35,598 nt of DNA. Source: a bacterium. Lineage in GTDB: Bacteria > Hydrothermota > Tepidihabitantia > Tepidihabitantales > Tepidihabitantaceae. A program made the translations under genes and the position numbers. Position 1 is the first letter of the stretch; the number at the start of each line of letters is the position of its first letter. The DNA is taken from positions 1 through 35,598 of the forward strand of contig JAWOHE010000050.1 of the NCBI GenBank assembly GCA_046485285.1, given 5' to 3'. The notes under the pieces are model-generated. The model was not told where the DNA came from. It saw only the letters and a list, made by a program, of their open reading frames with translations, and searched no databases. Below, piece after piece: positions 1 to 7,608 of the stretch.

Positions 1-1061
1 ACAAAGGCCCGCGCCCGCGTACGTTCCGCCCAGACACCCCAGTTGCGTCCGGGGGTCGGCGCTTCGCCCAGTTGTCTCGGACGAGTACTGTCGGCGATGG
101 ACAGAATCCGGAACTCGTGCGCGTTGGAGCCGGAACCGCTTAACAGCGCCAGTGAGTCCGTCAGGTACATATCCATGCCGCCGACGTTGGCAAGGTAACC
201 GATTCGCAGCGGCCGTGCCGGGTCGGTCACGTCCAGGATGCTGAAGTTGAGCTCACTCGGCACGTTCGGGTTGCCGGTCGTCACACAGCAGATGGAATTC
301 CGGGCCTGCACGCTGAAGATGTCCGTGCCCCAGGATGCTACCCGGCGCGGATTGGCCGGGTCGGTAGCGTCAATGACGTACAATCCCCACCGGTCACCGA
401 TATAGGCGAAGCCGTTTGATACCGAGATGGTATTGCCCGAATCCCGACAGGCACCGAGTAAATGCGGGTTGGCCGGGTCCGCGAAACTGAAGATTTTGAG
501 CGAATCGTCACCGATGGCGTAAACCAGCGTGTCCTGTACCGCGATGTCGTTGAGCAGCGTCCGAATCGAGCCGAGCCGAACCGGTTCTGCCGGGTCGGAG
601 ACATCGAACACATCTATGTACTTCGGGTCACTACCGACCGAGCCGACATACAGCCGGTCGTCCACCAGATCCGACCGTGAGACCAGACCGTTGACCTGCA
701 TGTGGGACAGCGCCCGAGGGTCAGCGGTGTCAGCGAAGTTGATGGCCACTACCTCGCTGCCCCGCGACAGAAACACCAGCGAATCCTTCCCCGTGACCTT
801 CACGCTCGGTCCGCCACCCCACTTGCCGACGAGACGCAATCCACCTGAGTCCACTTCGGGCGCGACCGGGGAGCGGTTTATCAGCCCCAACCGATGCATT
901 TCCCGGAAACGCATGTTCGGCGGCATTTCCCCCAGCGAATCCATCACCGCCTGGTGTACCGCGTGCTGCGTCCTGCGCAGTGCATAGTCGAGACCTCGGC
1001 CTTGCTGACCGCTGACAACACCCACGGCAAGCAGGGCGAACAGCAGGACAACAGTCTTCAC
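1..1061 (-). CDS. Secreted LVIVD-repeat (beta-propeller) protein; partial, runs off the window start
   Basis: Not in the ORF track; translated by hand. GTG at 1061 follows SD AAGGAG. It opens with signal peptide MKTVVLLFALLAVGVVSG, then repeats IDVFDVSDPAEP, LKIFSFADPANP, LYVIDATDPANP, FSILDVTDPARP. The frame is open to base 1. Confidence 0.85.
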   Translation of the reverse strand, partial: MKTVVLLFALLAVGVVSGQQGRGLDYALRRTQHAVHQAVMDSLGEMPPNMRFREMHRLGLINRSPVAPEVDSGGLRLVGKWGGGPSVKVTGKDSLVFLSRGSEVVAINFADTADPRALSHMQVNGLVSRSDLVDDRLYVGSVGSDPKYIDVFDVSDPAEPVRLGSIRTLLNDIAVQDTLVYAIGDDSLKIFSFADPANPHLLGACRDSGNTISVSNGFAYIGDRWGLYVIDATDPANPRRVASWGTDIFSVQARNSICCVTTGNPNVPSELNFSILDVTDPARPLRIGYLANVGGMDMYLTDSLALLSGSGSNAHEFRILSIADSTRPRQLGEAPTPGRNWGVWAERTRARAF

Positions 1062-1077
1062 GATGCTCCTTGGCTAC

Positions 1078-1106
1078 ATTCTCAGCCCCGGCTCAGGCAA
1101 AGTCAA
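1078..1106 (-). promoter_or_regulatory. Putative sigma70-type promoter of the LVIVD gene
   Basis: TTGACT-N17-GAGAAT just upstream of the SD. Confidence 0.45.
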
Positions 1107-1158
1107 GCGCGGTCCTCCCGCTGTATTTCCCGCCGTCCGACCCGGGAAGGGAACCGCC

Positions 1159-4100
1159 CTACTCGACCAGCACCAGCCGGCTGGATTCGCCGGCGTCCTG
1201 CCTGCGGATGAAGTACACCCCGCGGGCCAGCCGCCGCACGTCGTTCTCGCCCGGCGCGAGGTCCATCACCTTCCGACCGGTGATGTCGAGCAGGAGCGTG
1301 GGACATGACCCGCTTCGGTTCTCCGAACCGGGATCGTGTCCCAAGCTCGCGTCGAGGCTCAGCACCCCGCGGACGATGGTCGGGAACCTGCGCCCGGGCA
1401 GTCGGACCGCGGCCGCGGCTCGCTCGAATACGCCCGACACCGGCGGGTCGGTCGTGAACTTGATTGCCCGGCCGGGCGCCACCCCGGCCGCGGCCCGGTC
1501 CCACTCGTTGTCGTAGACGACGTTGATGGCGATCTGCCGGGTCGGGTCCTGCGTGCCGACCGTGCTCGAACGGTAGTGGTGGGCGGTCCGGTACTGGTAG
1601 ACGAACTCGCTGTTGCCGTCCGCCGCGGCCAGCGTCGTGTCGTAGATGACGACCTGGAAGGTGTCGAAGCTGTCGAGCGGCGTCCGGTAGTGCGTCGAGT
1701 CCCACTGGACGACGAACCGGTGTCCCGCGCTGTCCCAGTGATACCAGACCCCGCCGCCGAACTGCGCTATCAGGTCGTCCCAGTTCACGGCGAGGAGCGG
1801 TGCCGCGGCCGCGTACGGCAGCCGGCGGTTCTGCCACCAGGTGCCGGCGACGGCACCGGGCGCGAGCCAGCCGTTGGAGCAGACCGAGACGCTGTCGTAG
1901 CGCCGGTCGTAGTAGACGAACGGCCCGAACCCCGGCGGCAGCGGCACGCTCGCGGTCTGGTTGTCGCCAAGCGGGAGCATCGTCCCGACGTCGCGAAGCT
2001 CGACCCACTCGAACGAAGGGTGCTCCGCATAGGCGGTGTCGACGTCGTCGTAGGCCCAGTAGCGGCGGCCCGGCGCGTCCGGTATCGGGTCGTGCGGCCC
2101 GATCCGGCCGACGTGAAGCACCAGGCCGAGCGTGTCCGCGAACCCGTGAGCCGAGAGGTACAGCGTGCACGCCAGCTCCGTCTCCGGCAGCATGAACGCG
2201 GCGGACACGCGGAACCGGTCGGAGTCGTTGCCGGCCGAGCCGTACGCGGGCACGACGTCGTAGTACCCGGTCGAATCGATGACGGCGAGCCGCGGGTCGG
2301 CACTGCGCAGGACCGCGCTCACCGACTGCGCCGCGCCGCTGCCGCGGTTGAGCAGGACAACGGCCAGCTCCGCGGTCTCGCGCGGGTCGAGCCGGCCGTT
2401 GCCGTTGCCCGAGCTGTCGAAGACGCAGTAGGAGTCGACCGCGAGCTCGAGAGCGCCGACCGGGACCTGGAACCGGGATTCCCAGGCGTCGCCGAGGGTG
2501 TCCCGGCACCGGAGCACGAACGCGATTTCGTGCCGGTCCGGGCACGAGTTCGAGACCCGGAACCGGAACCCGTCCGCGCCGGTCCAGCCGGTGTCGAGCC
2601 CGGCGATGTCCCCGAACCGGCGCACCGAGTCCAGCAGCGCGACGAGGGTGTCCGAGGTGCGCAGCACGCCCGTCACCGCTCGCGCCGAGGAGTCGCCGTA
2701 GTTCACCGCCCAGACCGGCAGGCCGACCGTCTCGCCCGGGCTCAGCGACCCGTTTCCGTTCCCGCCCGGCGGAGAGTCGTTGAGCTCGTGCCGCAGGTAG
2801 GAGATGAACGCCCGGCCCCGCGCCAGGACCGAGCAGGTTCCCTCGTACGGCCTCAGGTTCGGGCCCGTGACGGTGATGCTCGCGATGCCCGGGCGGACGG
2901 CCGCGGGCTCGAAGACCGCGCGCCCGGAGGAGTCGGTCGTGTCCCGGCAGTAGGCGGCCGAATCAAGGGCAAAGCAGACGAGCGCTCCGCTGACCGGCTG
3001 GCCGTCGCGCGACACCGAGACCCGGTACTCCCCGGGACCGAGCCCGTGCACGGAGTCGTGGCTCACCTCGGCCGCGCGCGGAACCCCGGTCCAGACGCAC
3101 AGCTCCGGGTCGCCGAGCAGTGCCCACTCCCAGTACCGCGTCTCGTCACGATAAAGCGAATCGACGCGGAACCGGGCGCGCAGGGTCGCATCGCCGAGCG
3201 AGCGCCGGCCCTCGGTGAAGACCGCGTCGAAGAAGCCGCGATAGGCCGCACTGCGGTACTGGGCGATCTGCATCCCGAGCTGGGCGGTTCCGAAGAACGC
3301 GACCATCCCGTCCCGGCCGCTCGCGGAGCCGTAGCGCAGGCACTCGTCGCCCAGCATCTCCTCGTACGGGGCCAGGGTCACGGTCGCGCAGGTCGCGGAC
3401 ACGACGATGGGCATCCGCCGGCCGTTGGACCAGTTGTGGGGCCGGAAGTCATAGAAGCCCGCGCTCCAGAACCCGGACGCTGCCCCCCGGTAGGTCAGGA
3501 ACGTCCGGCCGTCGTGCAGTGCCGCCACCACGTCCGCCGTCGAGTGCCCGGTCGCGTTGCTGAGGCTCTCGGCCCGGACGTAGCCGGCACCCAGCCAGAG
3601 CTGGCGGGCGTGGCGCGAGTCCTGCTCGTAGAACGGGTCCGGGCGCGACGTGTCCTCCTGGCTGACGATGGTCGTGCCCTTCAGGTACCAGAGCGTGTCG
3701 AGAAGCTCCGGGAAGCGCTCCCAGGCGATGGACTTGGCGACCATCACGCTGCACTCGGCCGCGCTTCGGCAGGGCAGCCTGCCGACCGGCAGCTCCATCA
3801 GGTAGTCGCCCGCCATGTCGCCGTAGTAGCTGTCGTTCTCCTGCTCGAACCCGGGCAGGGAGTCGGGCGAGCAGGCAATCAGGACCCAGCCCGGCGGCTC
3901 GGGCCAGTTCTGCCAGGCGTGCCGCAGGAAGCCGCGGACCTCGGTCGGCGTCCGGCCGGCCTGGGACAGCGGCACGATGACGGCGTTCAGGCCCTTGAGC
4001 GTCTTCCATTCGGCAAGCGGCCGGACCGCGGGAACGAAACGGTCGGGACAGACGATGACGTAGCGGCTCTGGAGCCAGGACTGCGCCCGGGCGGGCGACG

Positions 4101-4167
4101 CGGCGATTAGGAGCGCGAACAGCGCGAGCAGGAGCACCGTCGCCGTGGTCAATGGGAGTCGGGCCAT
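1159..4167 (-). CDS. Secreted peptidase C25 (gingipain)-family protein with tandem Ig-like domains and a T9SS-type C-terminal domain
   Basis: Signal peptide and SD GAGGAG. C25 motifs YVIVCP..LAEWKTLKG, DSYYG, VGRLP, SATC, LLGDPEL. Two related repeats (GNGNGSLSPGET, GNGNGRLDPRET). C-terminus LLDITGRKV..LARGVYFI..RLVLVE. Confidence 0.85.
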   Translation of the reverse strand: MARLPLTTATVLLLALFALLIAASPARAQSWLQSRYVIVCPDRFVPAVRPLAEWKTLKGLNAVIVPLSQAGRTPTEVRGFLRHAWQNWPEPPGWVLIACSPDSLPGFEQENDSYYGDMAGDYLMELPVGRLPCRSAAECSVMVAKSIAWERFPELLDTLWYLKGTTIVSQEDTSRPDPFYEQDSRHARQLWLGAGYVRAESLSNATGHSTADVVAALHDGRTFLTYRGAASGFWSAGFYDFRPHNWSNGRRMPIVVSATCATVTLAPYEEMLGDECLRYGSASGRDGMVAFFGTAQLGMQIAQYRSAAYRGFFDAVFTEGRRSLGDATLRARFRVDSLYRDETRYWEWALLGDPELCVWTGVPRAAEVSHDSVHGLGPGEYRVSVSRDGQPVSGALVCFALDSAAYCRDTTDSSGRAVFEPAAVRPGIASITVTGPNLRPYEGTCSVLARGRAFISYLRHELNDSPPGGNGNGSLSPGETVGLPVWAVNYGDSSARAVTGVLRTSDTLVALLDSVRRFGDIAGLDTGWTGADGFRFRVSNSCPDRHEIAFVLRCRDTLGDAWESRFQVPVGALELAVDSYCVFDSSGNGNGRLDPRETAELAVVLLNRGSGAAQSVSAVLRSADPRLAVIDSTGYYDVVPAYGSAGNDSDRFRVSAAFMLPETELACTLYLSAHGFADTLGLVLHVGRIGPHDPIPDAPGRRYWAYDDVDTAYAEHPSFEWVELRDVGTMLPLGDNQTASVPLPPGFGPFVYYDRRYDSVSVCSNGWLAPGAVAGTWWQNRRLPYAAAAPLLAVNWDDLIAQFGGGVWYHWDSAGHRFVVQWDSTHYRTPLDSFDTFQVVIYDTTLAAADGNSEFVYQYRTAHHYRSSTVGTQDPTRQIAINVVYDNEWDRAAAGVAPGRAIKFTTDPPVSGVFERAAAAVRLPGRRFPTIVRGVLSLDASLGHDPGSENRSGSCPTLLLDITGRKVMDLAPGENDVRRLARGVYFIRRQDAGESSRLVLVE
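1299..1343. repeat. 45-bp imperfect palindrome inside the C25 coding sequence
   Basis: TGGGACATGA CCCG C TTCGG-TTCT-CCGAA C CGGG A TCGTGTCCCA: about 19-bp interrupted stem; encodes GHDPGSENRSGSCP. Confidence 0.75.
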
Positions 4168-4373
4168 CGTGTTTCTCCTCGGCCCCGCCGCGCGCGGGAG
4201 CGCCGGGGTCAGTCAGGTATGAGCGGTGCCCCCCCCGCACCTGCCGGCATCTGCACCTTCATCGGTCCTCCTCGCCGGGTACCCGGCCTTGTCACTGCGG
4301 ACTTCCACCGACTCGGCAGGGACGCGGACCGGGCGAGGCGCAGGCGCGCCGCTTTGGCCCTGCCGCCTGATTG

Positions 4374-4401
4374 AGGTTAGGCCGGTCAGCCGCCCTGTCA
4401 A
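4374..4401 (-). promoter_or_regulatory. Putative promoter of the C25 gene
   Basis: TTGACA-N16-TAACCT on the minus strand. Confidence 0.55.
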
Positions 4402-4422
4402 TAGCCACCTTCGCCGGCGCGG

Positions 4423-4451
4423 TTGACAACCGGCCGCGGCCGGGCGAGAAT
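4423..4451 (+). promoter_or_regulatory. Putative promoter of the Ycf48-like gene
   Basis: TTGACA-N17-GAGAAT followed by SD GGAGG (4458-4462). Confidence 0.5.
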
Positions 4452-4468
4452 CGTAGCGGAGGTACCTG

Positions 4469-5371
4469 CTGGCTAATCGCATCAACTCGTTGTTCACGTT
4501 CGACGATCGGCTGCACGCCTGTGCGGTCGGCGACGCCGGTCTCATCCTGCTTTCGATTGACGGCGGGATGGCCTGGCGCCGCGTCGCCGCGCCGACACCG
4601 GCCAACCTGTACACCGCCCACTTCCCGGCCCAGGGCGCGACCGGCTACGCCTGCGGCAACGGCGGCGTCATCATCAAGACCGAGGACGCCGGCGCGAGCT
4701 GGCGCATCATCCTCTCCGGGACCGACGTTGACCTCCGCGCCATCCGCTTCCCGCTCACGCCGCAGGTAGGCTTCGTCGCCGGCGACCGCGGCACCATCCG
4801 GCGCACGATCGACGCCGGCGCGAGCTGGGAACAGCTGACCACCGCCACCGGCGAGAAGCTGATGGACATCCAGTTCCCGTCCGACGAGACCACCGGCTAC
4901 GCGGTCGGGCCGAACGGAACCATTCTCAAGACCGCGACCGGCGGCGCGCACTGGTTCAGCCAGTCGGAGAACGTCCGGGACATCATCCCCGGCGCGTCGA
5001 TCACCGCCGTCCACTTCCCGGCCGACGACCTCGTCGGCTTCGCGACCACCGGCGCCGGCCGCGTGCTGTTCACCGCCGACGGCGGCGAGGTCTGGAAGCC
5101 GCTCACCGACCAGGGACTCCTGCCCCCGCTCTACTCGCTCGACATCCGCCACGACACGATGGCCGGCTTCGTCGTCGGCGCCCGGGGTACGATTGCCCGC
5201 ACCGACGACGGCGGCCGGAACTGGCTCAGGCTCGACTCCGGCACCGAGGCCGACCTCTACTCGGTCCGGTTCTTCGCCGACGGCAACGTCGGCATCGTCG
5301 CCGGCGACGAACTGACCCTGCTCCAGTGCTCGGACGGCGGGAGTTGCTGGGGCCCGGCCCGGATCGGCTAG
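4469..5371 (+). CDS. Ycf48/BNR-like seven-bladed beta-propeller protein
   Basis: Seven ~42-aa repeats ending in (S/T)xDGGxxW. Probable CTG start at 4469 after GGAGG (ORF track uses TTG 4490); in-frame TAG at 4454 bounds the ORF. Confidence 0.85.
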   Translation: MANRINSLFTFDDRLHACAVGDAGLILLSIDGGMAWRRVAAPTPANLYTAHFPAQGATGYACGNGGVIIKTEDAGASWRIILSGTDVDLRAIRFPLTPQVGFVAGDRGTIRRTIDAGASWEQLTTATGEKLMDIQFPSDETTGYAVGPNGTILKTATGGAHWFSQSENVRDIIPGASITAVHFPADDLVGFATTGAGRVLFTADGGEVWKPLTDQGLLPPLYSLDIRHDTMAGFVVGARGTIARTDDGGRNWLRLDSGTEADLYSVRFFADGNVGIVAGDELTLLQCSDGGSCWGPARIG

Positions 5372-5384
5372 CCGGCCCGCCGGC

Positions 5385-5412
5385 TTGACTTGGCCGGTGT
5401 CGCGGCTATCTT
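5385..5412 (+). promoter_or_regulatory. Putative promoter of purQ (leaderless)
   Basis: TTGACT-N16-TATCTT, ATG 8 nt downstream, no SD. Confidence 0.6.
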
Positions 5413-5420
5413 CACCGCCG

Positions 5421-6200
5421 ATGGTTCGGGTCTGCGTTCTCTTCGCTGCCGGCACGAACTGCGACCTCGAGACGGTCCATGCCTTCGAGCTGGCCGGCGC
5501 CGCGGTCGAGACCGTCCACATCAACCGACTCAAGCAGAAACCGGTGCTCCTCCGCGAGTTCGCCATCCTCGCCCTGCCCGGCGGCTTCTCCTACGGCGAC
5601 TACGTCAGCTCGGGCCGGATACTCGCCGGCGAGCTGGTCCACCACCTGCGCGACGAGCTGGCCCGGTTCCACGAGGCCGGCCGGCTGATGCTCGGCATCT
5701 GCAACGGCTTCCAGGTGCTGGTCAAGGCCGGACTCCTGCCCGCCTTCGACCACCTCTTCGAACCGCAGTCGGTGACGCTCGAGGACAACGACTCGGGCCG
5801 GTTCGAGGACCGCTGGTGCCGGCTCAGGGTTGAGGACTCGCCCTGCGTCTTCACCCGCGGCCTCGAGGGCACCATCGAACTGCCGGTCGCCCACGCCGAG
5901 GGCCGGTTCATCTGCCAGGACGGCGCGGTGCTCAACCGCCTGCGCGAAAACCGCCAGGTCGTCCTCCGCTATGTTGACACCGAGGGCGAGCCGGCCGCCT
6001 ACCCGGATAACCCGAACGGCTCGGTCGACGGCATCACCGGTATCTGCGACCCGTCCGGCCGCATCCTCGGGCTGATGCCCCACCCCGAACGGTTCGTCCG
6101 GCGTGAACAGCACCCGCGCTGGCACCAGGAGCGCGACACCGTCCCGACCGGCATCAACATCTTCCGCAACGCGGTAGCCCATGCCACGCAGAACCTCTAG
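5421..6200 (+). CDS. purQ: Phosphoribosylformylglycinamidine synthase subunit I (glutamine amidotransferase)
   Basis: GTNCD, PGGFSYGD, GICNGFQ, AHAEG and MPHPER motifs. Confidence 0.95.
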   Translation: MVRVCVLFAAGTNCDLETVHAFELAGAAVETVHINRLKQKPVLLREFAILALPGGFSYGDYVSSGRILAGELVHHLRDELARFHEAGRLMLGICNGFQVLVKAGLLPAFDHLFEPQSVTLEDNDSGRFEDRWCRLRVEDSPCVFTRGLEGTIELPVAHAEGRFICQDGAVLNRLRENRQVVLRYVDTEGEPAAYPDNPNGSVDGITGICDPSGRILGLMPHPERFVRREQHPRWHQERDTVPTGINIFRNAVAHATQNL

Positions 6201-6516
6201 CCCGCTCCCGGCCCGCATCGAGTCGCACCCGGTGCTCTCCTTTGAGCGCGGCCCGCGCGTGCGGTTCTGGTTCGAGGGCCGGCCGCTGTACGGCCACGAG
6301 GGCGAAACGATTGCCGCGGCGCTGGTCGCGGCCGGGGTCAAGGTCTTCCGCCGCACCGACAAGCTCCACCGGCCGCGCGGGTTCTACTGCGCGGTCGGTA
6401 AGTGCTCGTCCTGCCTGATGGTCGTCGACGGCCGGCCGAACACGATGGTCTGCACCGAGCCCCTGCGCGAGGGCGTCCGGGTCGAGCGCCAGGCCGGCCG
6501 GGGGAAACTGCCGTGA
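6181..6516 (+). CDS. (2Fe-2S)-binding protein resembling the N-terminus of sarcosine oxidase/proline dehydrogenase alpha subunits
   Basis: GETIAAAL..G...FR....RPRG-F-Y-C-A-V-G-K-C-S-S-C...VDG.PN...C. Confidence 0.85.
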   Translation: MPRRTSSPLPARIESHPVLSFERGPRVRFWFEGRPLYGHEGETIAAALVAAGVKVFRRTDKLHRPRGFYCAVGKCSSCLMVVDGRPNTMVCTEPLREGVRVERQAGRGKLP

Positions 6517-7601
6517 GCGAAACCGAACTCGCGGTCATCGGCGGCGGGCCGGCCGGGCTGTCGGCCGCGTCGGTCGCCGCCGAGCTCGGCTGCCGGGTCA
6601 CCCTGGTTGACGACAACGACCGGACCGGCGGCCAGCTCATCAAACAGACCCACAAGTTCTTCGGCGAGAAGAGCCACTACTGCGGCACCCGCGGGATGGA
6701 CATCGCCGGGCTGCTCGCCGGACGGCTCGCCGACCTGACGGTCGAGGTCAGGCCGGACACCTCGGTCGTCGGCCTGTTCCCCGGCAACCTCCTCGGCCTC
6801 GCCGACCGCCGGTCGTTCCGCCGCCTGCGCTACCGGGCGCTGGTCGTCGCGACCGGCGCGGCCGAGAACACCCTGACCTTCCCGAACAACGACCTGCCCG
6901 GCGTCTACGGCGCGGGCGCGGTTCAGACCCTGATGAACGTCTACGGCATCCGGCCCGGCCGCCGGGTGCTGATGGTCGGGTCGGGCAACATCGGCATCAT
7001 CGTCAGCTACCAGCTGCTCCAGGCCGGCATCGAGGTCGCGGCGGTGGTCGAAGCGATGCCCCGCGTCGGCGGCTACCACGTCCACGCGGCAAAGCTGATC
7101 CGGCTTGGCGTGCCGGTGCTGACCTCGCACACCGTCCTCGCCGCCCACGGCCGGGAATGTGTGACCGGCGCGACGATCTGCCGGGTCGACCGGCGGTTCC
7201 GACCGGTCAAGGGCACCGAGCGACGTCTCCGGCTCGACACCATCTGCATCGCGGTCGGGCTGACCCCGCTCTCCGAGTTGCTCTGGCAGGCCGGCTGCCG
7301 GATGGTCTACGTGCCCGAGCTCGGCGGCCACGTCGCCTGGCACGACGAGGAAATGCAGACCAGCGTCCCCGGCGTCTTCCTCGCCGGCGACGTCTCCGGC
7401 ATCGAGGAGGCCTCGACCGCGATGCTCGAGGGCCGCATTGCCGGCGCGCGGGCCGCCATCGTCCTTCGCGGCGAGTCGGCCGCGGCCCGCGCGGTCATCG
7501 ACCGGTCGCGGGCCGAGCTCTGCGCCATCCGGGAAGGTCCGTTCAGCAGCAAGGTCGTCTGCGGCAAGGACCGGCTCGCCGAGTGCCGGCTCGCGACCTG
7601 A
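6513..7601 (+). CDS. FAD/NAD(P)-dependent oxidoreductase (sarcosine oxidase/proline dehydrogenase alpha-like)
   Basis: GTG start overlaps the upstream stop (GTGA). Motifs VIGGGPAG, GGQLIKQTHKFFG, ATGA, GSGNIG, TSVPGVFLAGD. Confidence 0.9.
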   Translation: MSETELAVIGGGPAGLSAASVAAELGCRVTLVDDNDRTGGQLIKQTHKFFGEKSHYCGTRGMDIAGLLAGRLADLTVEVRPDTSVVGLFPGNLLGLADRRSFRRLRYRALVVATGAAENTLTFPNNDLPGVYGAGAVQTLMNVYGIRPGRRVLMVGSGNIGIIVSYQLLQAGIEVAAVVEAMPRVGGYHVHAAKLIRLGVPVLTSHTVLAAHGRECVTGATICRVDRRFRPVKGTERRLRLDTICIAVGLTPLSELLWQAGCRMVYVPELGGHVAWHDEEMQTSVPGVFLAGDVSGIEEASTAMLEGRIAGARAAIVLRGESAAARAVIDRSRAELCAIREGPFSSKVVCGKDRLAECRLAT

Positions 7602-7608
7602 GCTGCCG

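Noticed and set aside
1336..4110. Long antisense or alternate-frame ORFs (e.g. 1336-4110, 4292-5566, 23086-25215, 25831-27387, 29247-30848, 30415-32244)
   Set aside because: Shadow ORFs of well-supported genes in high-GC DNA; no motifs
4263..4370. Riboswitch in the C25 leader
   Set aside because: GC-rich pairing is possible, but no recognisable aptamer consensus
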